DNA of 63,802 nt, the filler included, from Bigelowiella natans CCMP2755 (Eukaryota > Protista > Cercozoa), in the NCBI GenBank assembly GCA_000320545.1. It is 3 parts of 3 records of this genome, joined end to end, with 100 filler letters (N's around TTAATTAATTAA, not from the genome) between each part and the next. Parts side by side here need not be neighbours in the genome. Positions count along the whole stretch, not along the records: positions 30,436 to 57,981 come from ADNK01000057.1; positions 58,082 to 63,802 come from ADNK01003555.1; 1 more part is not named here. The stretch is one strand, 5' to 3'. The position numbers and the translations under genes were made by a program. Under the pieces are notes generated by a model. It worked only from the letters and a program-made list of their open reading frames with translations, was not told the origin of the DNA and ran no database searches. Of the stretch, positions 53,551 to 63,802 are shown piece by piece (the first letter of the stretch is position 1; each line of letters opens with the position of its first letter).

Positions 53551-54437
53551 TTAGTCGTCATCAAGTGCAAAGGAAAGAAGATGTTCCTGATTCGATCGTC
53601 TTGATTTTTTCTTGTGTTCTTGCCGTTGAAAATCCTTAAGATTCTTACGCTTTACTTGTTGTGCTTTCCTTTTCTTACGCACTGAGCTTACTTCAGCCTT
53701 TTTCGTACATCGCTCATGCTTTTTTGTAAAGGATACCTGCTGCATCCTCGATTTTGTACATTCACCACTGGTTGTGATTGAGCAAGCGCCTAAATTACTA
53801 TCATTAAGATCTTTGGGAATGTCTACTATTTCCCCCTTATAACTTATCAGCTTTGTGGGAGATTTTTGCGAGGATGAAGACGATGAAGACGATGAAGACG
53901 TTAAATACTTTTGGATCGCCTTTCTCCTTTCCTCAACAAGCTCTCGCTTTCGCTTCAGTTCGTTTTCTTTTGATGCGATCTCTATTGCCCTTTTGACAAC
54001 ACATCGTGTCTCTCCTCCTGCACTCACTAAAGATAATCCCCTCGCCGTCGACTTGAGTTTGATAGATCCCATTCTTCGTTTCCTATCCTCTCGCTCTCGG
54101 TCCCGTTTTGAGAGTTGCTTTGGCCGCTTTATCTTGCTGCAATCTATTCTTGCCACGCCGCTTCCCGTATACTGAAGGCCGGTAGAAGTTTCCTCCTTTT
54201 TCTCTCTCTCAGGAACCCTCGAGGCATCAAGCTTACAAGCTCTCTGAACATCCTTCTCCACCGATGAGGAAGATAGCGTGTTTAGGTGGATCTGCGGAAA
54301 AACCATCTATTCATGCGACGCGGATGCACACACAACGAAGAAATAAATGCACATTTCGAAAAGGAGAGGGGCAAAAGAGGAAGGGTACATACACACATCA
54401 TCACCTCGTAGTTCCATACATTCCCATATTTGCCCAT
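53551..54437 (-). CDS. Lys/Arg-rich, probably nuclear protein of unknown function (2 exons)
   Basis: Exon 1 MGKYGNVWNYE plus GT donor joins the long exon in ORF 53551-54306, which ends LLSFALDDD. Confidence 0.6.
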
Positions 54438-54870
54438 CTCACTAAAGTTGCCTCAATTGCTCGAAGCACGCACGCCAGCAGCTTCGGCCGTTCTCCATGA
54501 TCGGCTGGCTTGCCGGAGCGAGAGGATGTATGGAAGTGACTGTCTCTGCGACAAGGTTTTGGGCTATTTTTAATATGAAAAAGGCCTATGTTTTTAAGAA
54601 AACGACAACAGTTTGAGTGCACCGCTCAAGCGTCTATCAGACGCCCCTCGGAATAAACGCCATCGTTACGGTCTCGCACCCCCGTTCGAGCCGCATCCCA
54701 TGGTACGGCGATGTGATACGCTGATCGTGCGAGGGGGTGGAAGGCAGAAGGGGGAAGGGAGACAAGGCGGGAGAGGGGACTGTTGGATCAAAGAGAAGCG
54801 AAGGATGCTCGTGTGCTAGGCTATACGGTGTATTTATTTACACGATGTTTAATGAATGTGTCAGGTGGGG

Positions 54871-55643
54871 ATGGCAGCGAGGATTGTGCTTGTGTTATTG
54901 GCTATCACTCTATCTGCTTCCACAACACGAGCAGTCGAGAGAACCTGTATTAAGGTAGTGCATATGCATTTTCCAGCCTAATTTACTACGAACGTTCTCA
55001 TGACAACACATTCTATTTATTCACCTAATATCTAAGGCATCAGGAGCGTCGTTACCATCCTTACTATACAAGCAGGCCTTCTTAGCGTACAAATACGCCA
55101 ATCCCAACATATTGATAGAGGTTTTGCTTCCTGCATTCCTTTGTCATCACTATCATCATCATCATCATCATCATTAGCATTTATCATATGATCTTTTTTT
55201 CTCACCATTCTTACTTAGTATTACCAATGTGGTTCGGAATGTGGACGCAATGACACGATACATGCCCTCACGGACTTCAGTGCATCCGACGTCTTCTTCA
55301 CCCAAGATGTATTATTGCTGCTACCGCTAACGAATCTTCTCATACACGAACACACAATATGTAATATGATACTTTATAATATGCAAAAAGAACTTAACGA
55401 TGCACTTCTGTTTTCGAGCTTAATGTAATATCTTAATCATTGCTTTCCAGTTGTATTCCTGGTTGTATTGCTGAATGAATAGACAGTATGTATAATCTCC
55501 TTCCTTCCTCCTCCTCCTCCTCCTCCACTGTTCTCATCATGTGGATAAATATTTTTAATAACCAGGAGCTACAGGAAAACCCTGATATAATTGCAATTCC
55601 CGTTATTCTTGCTGGTTTGTTCTTTGGAGACTACTCTTTTTTC

Positions 55644-55682
<39 letters not shown>

Positions 55683-55867
55683 ACCACCACCACCACCACA
55701 CACGTACACTCATCCACTCACAAGCACATACCTTTACACACGCCTATTCTCACTCTATCCCCACATATGAGCACTTTCCTGCCGTGGGTAATATTTGCGA
55801 GTATGGTGATCGTTTTTTTTCACGTTCCTCTTACTTCTGTTCTCTCTTCCTTTCCTCTTCGTTTTGA

Positions 55868-55905
<38 letters not shown>

Positions 55906-57450
55906 CCCTTGCTTGGTTGCAATTGATGGGGTTACTACTACCATCGGTGTAGGAATCGGACTGGTGTACAACGTAGAAGTAAATCGCACGACCGGCTATG
56001 GAAGCACAAACGGGGGGGGGGAGGAGGAAAAAGCTTTAGTGTTAGATTTGGAAACTGCAGGCGATATATTCATGGGAAAGGTAATGCAATAATGGATATC
56101 CTCAAGTGCTCTATTTCCTCTTCTCTCGCTCTCTTCTCATTTTATTTCCTTCTTGGATGTATGAGAGTCTCCTCCTTTCCTCCTCTTTCCATCTCCTTAA
56201 TTTACTTCTTGTTTTGTCAGATACAAAACTGGAACCATTCAAAAATCAGAGAACTTAATCCTGGTAGGTGAACAAATGTGTGTACTTATTCTTCTATACG
56301 ACTGCCTCTCCCCTCCCCTCCCTCTTCTCTTTCTCTCACTCTCGCTCTGGCTCTCTTTGTGCGTCTGCATGCTTTGGTTTCTATCCTGAATCAATGCCCT
56401 CCCTCCCAATGTTCCTTCAGGAGTTGAGTTTCCAAACGTTACAATTCAAGTACGGCACGAGGGGAGGGTGGTGAGGGAAGGGTGGATGATTTCCCATTGT
56501 TTTTCGCCATCGTCCTACGACGTGCTAATATCTTCATCGCTGCTGCATTGAGGAATAATCAGGATTTCATCGTTATTTCTGCAATTACTGTTATACTACT
56601 ACTACTACTACATATATCAGCCTATCAATTCTCCAACAGCAACAAAAACAATAGCGAAGTCAACAGCAATAATATAATAATGATAATGATTACAATAGCA
56701 AACGTCTTTCTTCGTATGAACCTGTACTCGTTCCCGCACTGAAGAGACTGGCACTTAACAACAAGTGAATTGCTCCGGAACAATTCGCTACTACTGCAAC
56801 TACTACCACCACTACTACTACTACTATATGCCGCACAAATAACGCAACAATAACAACAACAACAACAATAACACATGACAGCTGGCGGTGCGAACGAATG
56901 GATCAGGGACAACAGCAGCTTTTACAGAGAAAGTTGCTTGGGCAAACCCCGGTGAGTAAGTAAGTAGGAGTGGTGGTAGTAGTAGTAGTAGTAGTGGGGA
57001 GACTTGCTACTAAAAGGGAATCAGTTATTTTCTCAATCCTATTCTGTCATGTTGCTTGATTCATCGTTGATGCTGGGGGGATTTCTTTAACAACAGCAAA
57101 CAACATCACCATCATCATCATCATCATCATCGTTTACATCAGAATTCTTCTACATCATGGGCTTTGGGTCCGATATGAATTGGAATTTGTACACAAGGTG
57201 GTGATGACGACGACGACGATGTAGTACGACTTTACATGTACCATGGCAACGCACATTATAATCACAAACGGTGTTGTTCTTGTTGATCATTATCAATTGG
57301 GAGGATGCTGTTTCTAGATACCCCGCTGTACAACTAATGTCTTCGTCATCTATTAACTCCTCCTTGTATGATCATGATCATCATCATCGTAATACTAGGG
57401 AAGTCGGCAAGCGACCTCTAAATCCCAAAGAATTTGGTTCCAACGAGGAG
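54871..57450 (+). CDS. Secreted or extracellular PstS-like phosphate-binding protein; 3' part lost in the gap
   Basis: Signal peptide MAARIVLVLLAITLSA, then ASGASLPSLLY, YYQCGSECG...DFSASD, IPVILAGIGLVYNV, DIFMGKIQNWNHSKIRELNPGVEFPN and LAVRTNGSGTTAAFT...GFGSDMNW, colinear with the PstS consensus. Confidence 0.85.
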
Positions 57451-57981
57451 GTAGTGTTTCATTAGGCGGGAAGTAAGAGGAGGAGAGGGAGAGAACACTC
57501 CGATCTATGAGAAAGAGAGGAAGGACTAGCAAAATGATGTATTTTAACCCAATAATCAGATTGTTTCGCACGTCATCTCCACCCCTAACACCATCGGGTA
57601 ATTATTGAAAAAAACAGCAGAAAGTAGGCACAACGAGTGCATCTAATCATGTCAGTAGTTTACATGAGAAGAAAATTTCCACGGCGGATACAAAAACTAA
57701 AGCTTTCGATAAAGAATATGAAAATAAGAGGAAGAGAGGGAGAGGGAGGGTGGGGGGGGGGGGGGTAACAGCGAAGAGGGAGAGAGGGAGAGAGAAATAA
57801 TAGCACGTGGAAATCCACTTACATCCGTGCAGGATTATTCAGCTAAACACGCACACACACACACACACACACATGCATGCGCATGCATGCATGCACGCGC
57901 ACTAGATGTATCATCATCATCATCATCATCATCATCATTTTGACAGATTCTTCACAATAAATACGCACACCTCAGAACGAT

Positions 57982-58081
57982 NNNNNNNNNNNNNNNNNNN
58001 NNNNNNNNNNNNNNNNNNNNNNNNNTTAATTAATTAANNNNNNNNNNNNNNNNNNNNNNNNNNNNNNNNNNNNNNNNNNNN
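57982..58081. other. Assembly gap with artificial linker (44 N + TTAATTAATTAA + 44 N)
   Basis: Linker at 58026-58037. Different genes flank it, so the true gap is large or the contigs are not adjacent. Confidence 0.97.
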
Positions 58082-58351
58082 ACTATTACTACTACTAATA
58101 CTACTTCTTGTACCACATTGCTACTACTAATCGTAATAATGTCGCATTAGTTCCGCACTACTATTATCATCATCATCATCATCATCATGATCATCATTGT
58201 CATTGTCATTGTCAACATTATTATAATTATGATGAGCCCCTGCCACCCTAAGGGGTGCCACTTCTCACGTGTTCTTTCTTCTTACTCGTTTGATTACTAC
58301 TACTACTTGCTACTACTTGCTACTACTTGCTACTACTACCGCTAATCACAG

Positions 58352-58778
58352 TCTGAGTATTTTCTTGGGAGAAGCAACCCAAGCGAGCCATATCGTTGTA
58401 TTCTTGCCTACATACGCATGAGACTATGGAGCACACGTCAATTTCAAGAAAGATACTACTACCACACACGTTCCGTACATAAGACAGGGTGATGATGATG
58501 ATCATGATGATGATGATGATGATGGTGATCATATGCGTAGCTGCACTCCATATATCAGAAGAGAATATACGAACAAGTAGAGGAAAAAACTATTGGTTGT
58601 ACAGATTATTGTTATCATCATCACTATCATTGTCATTTTTTTCTGTTTCAAACAAAATACATCAAATTAATCAATCAATCAATGAATCACTAGATCTGCC
58701 GCAGAACTTCCAAAAACTACATCACCAGGTAGTTGTGATGACGATCATGATTATGTAGATGTTGATATAGATTAAATA

Positions 58779-58811
<33 letters not shown>

Positions 58812-59104
58812 ACTATTGCTCTCATTGATGATCATAATTTTGATGTGAACGATGGTTCATCTCTATGATGTGAACCATGAGTTTTTCCGAATAGTAGTAG
58901 TATCAATTGTGAATGATGATGATCATGAGGGTGGTCACATTCTTCATAATTTCTCCCTCATCCTCCTCCTCCTCCTCCACCTCCTCCTCCTTCTTCTTCT
59001 TCTTCTCTTCCTCCTTTTCCTCCACTATACTTCCTCTTTTCAAGAGGACATTCCTGGGCTTGAGCAACCTTCAAAGCATCTTGACACTTTAGCTGCACAA
59101 GTAT

Positions 59105-59135
<31 letters not shown>

Positions 59136-59581
59136 AGACATAGTAATAAGAAGAAGTAAGTAGTAGCTGTAGCAGTAGTAGAAACATAGTAATAGGAAGA
59201 AGTAAGTAGTAGCTGTAGCAGTAGTAGAAACATAGTAATAGGAAGAAGTAAGTAGAACTGTAGAGCAGCTGGTATTATTATTACTACTACTCTTCTGCCA
59301 GTATTAGATAACAGTAATAATTGATAATTGCGTGGAAGTAGTAGCACTTGTTTTAGTCTCGTAAATCACATGCTCGCGGTGTAGTCGATCATCTTTGAAA
59401 TCCATCCATCCATTCATCTTTCATCTCATGTTAAAAAGTTATTACCTGCACAAGTGATGATGATGATGATGATGATGGCGGTGATTACGTATAATAAATA
59501 GGCTACTCGAGCTCCTCCTAAGCCTGAAATTCCGATTTACACTGATTCTGTGAGTAACAAGTCACTTTATACAACATGTGT

Positions 59582-59625
<44 letters not shown>

Positions 59626-60331
59626 CAAATGGTTAGTAATAGTGACAAGGGGAATATCTAACGTATATGGCAGCTTACTTGCTTTTTATCTATTTCTTTG
59701 ATTTATTGATTTAATTTAGTTAATGTTATTGTTATTTTGTTTTATTGTGGCAGAAGGAGATGCTGACTCTACTTAAAATCTTGCATCGTTCTCTCCATGA
59801 GGTAGGATTATTAATATGTTAAGGTGAAGGATAGATGATATATTAAGGAGAGAGAGAGAGAGAAGATGTGGTGAAGAATTAACATTTAGTTGTGCATGCA
59901 TCGTTGTAGTGGGCATCACTGATATTCATTCATAGATACATACGTGCACAATCCTCACGTTAAGTAACTGCTTCTTTTCGAAAATCGCAAGCAAAGACTT
60001 ACTTACTTGATATGACCGCATTGTTGTTTTCATTCATTCTTCTATTTCTTTAATAGTGTGGAGATGGTCTAATTGCTGATGGAAGGTAATTATTAGTTGA
60101 TGTACTAGTCATAATGATCATGATAACATAATCTCTCTCTCTCTCTCTCTCTTTCTCGTTGTAATTAAATAATTAACTACTACTCAAATACAAACAAAAG
60201 GCTGCAGGATCTGATGAGGCGTATTAAGTGCTTTGGTATGCACTTGCTGACTTTGGATGTGAGGCAAGAGTCAGGCCGACATCTGATGGCAATGGATGAA
60301 ATATGTGCCCATCTTGATCTGGGTAGTATCA

Positions 60332-60364
<33 letters not shown>

Positions 60365-61606
60365 ATGACAAGAGAATCTTATAATAATAACAACAATAAT
60401 AACCAGGCAAATTCTCCTCATGGGGGGAGGAGAAAAAGATCAAATTCTGCGTGCAGGTATGAGAGAATAATGATGATGATGATGATGATGACGATGATAA
60501 CATACACAACACGGGTATGGGTGCTACTACTACCACTACCAGTATGCATATTCTTATTATTATATCCTTTTCTTCGATAACTAGCTGAGTGCTGGATGAG
60601 TCACTTACTCACTTACTTACTACTCTCGAAGTCATTCCCCATTCATTTATATCATTATGATCACAACCTACCTACCTTCTTTTATTATTATTGGGGATTA
60701 GAGAAATTTTATATGGCAGCTGTTATGTAATTTATTGAATAAGTTCTCTCATCCCACTTATGACATTGTGAGCACCTTCATCTGACATTTATTATCATCT
60801 TGATTTCATAAATCAATAAATGAATAATCAATCAATAGGAAATACAAAGCAGTCGCCCTCTTGTGCCCTGGAATCTCAAGTTTTCACCAGAGACAAAAGA
60901 GGTGTTGGATACCTTTCGTATGATCTCACGTACTGACCCCTCGTCGTTGGGGGCATATGTGATATCTATGGCGACATGCGCCTCTGATGTTCTCGTAGTT
61001 GAATTGTTACAGAAAGAGGTACTACTAATACTAAGTACTACGATGATCAATGAAATTATCACACTAACCGAACACGACGACCCACCACTTGTAGCAGCAG
61101 TAGATCCTTCTTGTATGTATGTATGTATGTACGTAAGTAAGTAGTACTTGAGCTGAAAGTGGTAAAGGCAATCCTTTTTAGAATAATGTTAGACGGACAA
61201 CAACGACAACAACAACAACACTTTAATAATAATATTTCGATTCATCATCTAGATTACCATCATCATCATCATTTGTTATTCCATTGAACTACTACCCGAT
61301 GTTAACGATATAATATATAAATGATAGGCTGGAGCAAAGCAACCAATGCGCGTAGCACCCTTATTCGAGACCAAGCAGGATCTTATGGTACCAGTAGTAG
61401 TAGTAGATGACTAGGTAGTGAATAGTCTTTATTTTGAGGAAAGGAACAAGCAAGAGGAGTGATAATACATCATTTACTGGTTCTTCTTCTTGTTGTTGTA
61501 ATAAATCCTTCTCATTTCAGAATGCTGCATCCAATTTACGAAGACTTTTGTCAATTAAATGGTACCGAAATCGTATTGATAACAAGCAAGAGGTAGGTCG
61601 GTAGTA

Positions 61607-61647
<41 letters not shown>

Positions 61648-61990
61648 AATGATGATGATGATGATGATGATGATGATTCGTGGGTACCAATGCGAAGTAG
61701 TCTCGGTACTGGGTACGATATGTGTTTGTAGTACTAGTGGATATATTATTATTATGATTATTATTATTATTATGATTATTATTATTATGTGCTGGTGCTG
61801 ATGCACTACTGCTCTGATGATGGAAAGATAGATCGAATGATACTATGTGCGTATTATTACTCTTATATTATTATTATTATTGTTATTATCTAGATTATGC
61901 TGGGTTACTCTGATAGTGCGAAAGATGCTGGGAGGTAATAGTAAAGCAGCAAAAAGTATAATGATAATAACAACTATTACTAGTGCTAGG

Positions 61991-62025
<35 letters not shown>

Positions 62026-62545
62026 AACGGCAAATACGGTATGAGACGACGAAGACGACGAGAAACAAATGTGATATATGATGTGATGATCATTACATAT
62101 TGTTTCCTCCTCCTCCCCCTCCTCCTTCTATGAATAAAATCTTAGATTTGCTTCGGTGTGGGGTCTATATAAGGCACAGGAGCAGATGTGTGCTGTTGGA
62201 CGTGAGATGGGAGTAAAACTAACTTTGTTTCATGGAAGGGGGGGTACTGTTGGGAGGGGGGGGGGTCCACAGCATCTTGCAATCTTATCACAGCCTCCAC
62301 GCTCAATAAGAGGACAAATGCGTGTTACCGTTCAAGGAGAGGTAGTAGTCTAGTCTCATTATCATTGCTACCACTGCTATAACTATTAATATTATCATCA
62401 TAGTCAGACTTTCTCCTCCTCCTCCTCCTCCTCCTCCTCCTCCTCCTCTTGATCATAATTCCTCACGTTATCACTACTAGGTGATGGATAAAGACTTTGG
62501 ACTACGTCAAATTGCTACACGCACTCTCAACTGCTATGCGGTTGA

Positions 62546-62579
<34 letters not shown>

Positions 62580-63410
62580 CGTAGTAGTAGTCATAGTAGT
62601 AGAACAATAAGAAGAAGTAGTAGTAGTAGTAGTAGAAGAACAACAACAACTGGTGATATTATCTATTATTGAGGCGTATGTATTATTTGTAGTAGCATCA
62701 GTCCTCCTCACTCATTGATAAAGTAGTATTACTCATTGCTGCTACTACTACTACTACTACTACTACTACTTGACACAGGCTGCTGTGGTTGAAGCAACCT
62801 TGCAACCAGCAGTAGCACCGAAGGCATTATGGCGGCAAATTATGGAACAACTAGCATCAGACTCTTGTGATTATTATAGAAAGGTAGGTAGTACTAGGTA
62901 CTGTACTTTTGAGAATAACAACTCACTCTCTTTCAGGCAGCATGTTACTGCTGCTGCTGCTACTGCTGCTCTTTTCTTTGGTGGTCATTATTGACAAAAT
63001 TATTTTTATTACTTATTTACTCTCCCCTTGATTATGATGATAATGATATATCTGTATGCTGTTTCTTTCTTTCTTCCAGATGGTATACTCAACACCTGGA
63101 TTTAAAGATTTCTTTGCTCTATGCACACCGGTCCGAGAGATAGGAGAAATGAAGCTGGGATCTCGCCCATCAAGCAGGTTAGTGATGAGTAGTGAATAGT
63201 GATAGTAGTAGTAGTAATGATGATGATGCTTGTGACAGTGGTTGCTGCTACTTACTACAGTAGCAGTGGTAGGAGGAGGAGTAGAGGATCACTACAACAT
63301 TATGTAGATGATGAATAACATACCATACTAACACAAATATAACCCTAATATTACACTTGTGGCATAGAACCAAGAGCGGTGGTCTCACGAAGCTACGTGC
63401 AATTCCTTGG
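58352..63410 (+). CDS. ppc: Phosphoenolpyruvate carboxylase, internal exons (truncated at both ends)
   Basis: [27 protein letters not shown]...[50 protein letters not shown] and LRAIPW. Confidence 0.95.
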
Positions 63411-63580
63411 GTGAGTAGTAGTAGTAATAGTAGTAGTAGTAGTAGTGTGATCATGAGTATAACGAATGAGTCAAGGGGAACAGGCACTTGTTGTGATGCA
63501 ATTATCTACTACTACTACTACGATGTTGCTACATACATTCACACTAACTCAAACATGACAAAATAACGTCGAACATCATT

Positions 63581-63612
<32 letters not shown>

Positions 63613-63758
63613 TTTCATAATTATCAATCATCATTGCCATGTAGAATCAACGTACGTACTCTTCCTCCTCCTCCTCCTCCTCCTCGCTTCTTCCTCATCA
63701 GCTCTATTCTACTTGCATGTTGATGCTGCTGCTATGCATGCATGTATGATGATTATGT

Positions 63759-63796
<38 letters not shown>

Positions 63797-63802
63797 AGGT
63801 TG

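Noticed and set aside
54871-63410. PstS-PEPC fusion gene
   Set aside because: The two parts are separated by an artificial gap, and the PEPC N-terminal region and the PstS C-terminus are both missing, so adjacency is unproven.
1-63802. CRISPR arrays, tRNA/rRNA genes, intact transposases or reverse transcriptases
   Set aside because: None recognised. The short duplications have only two copies and no spacer structure.

Overview
Gene-dense, intron-rich eukaryotic nuclear DNA with microsatellite-filled GT-AG introns, in three contigs joined by two artificial 100-bp N+TTAATTAATTAA linkers. Bipartite signal-plus-transit N-termini suggest an alga with a complex plastid, for example a chlorarachniophyte; this is inference. 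Manual splicing supports these genes: ADA2 (5' end), an ARL2BP/BART-domain protein, a long coiled-coil protein, an IQ-motif pseudogene, CK2 alpha with a targeting presequence and acidic tail, an unknown multi-exon gene, a Zn-finger plus two-WW protein, PGM3, a mitochondrion-targeted protein, a dienelactone hydrolase, a rhomboid, an RsuA/RluB-type pseudouridine synthase, a Lys/Arg-rich protein, a PstS-like phosphate-binding protein and part of PEP carboxylase. The strongest unexplained signal is a set of intergenic tracts lacking the dinucleotide TpA. There is no TA in 10862-11741, and only CTAG/CTAA contexts survive in 680-1748. CpG is retained, TG/CA/TGCA/CATG are enriched, and neighbouring introns and promoters remain TA-rich. 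This looks like a RIP-like but opposite-direction A-to-G hypermutation that spares TAG. All counts were made by eye, exon boundaries are approximate, and novelty could not be checked against the literature.
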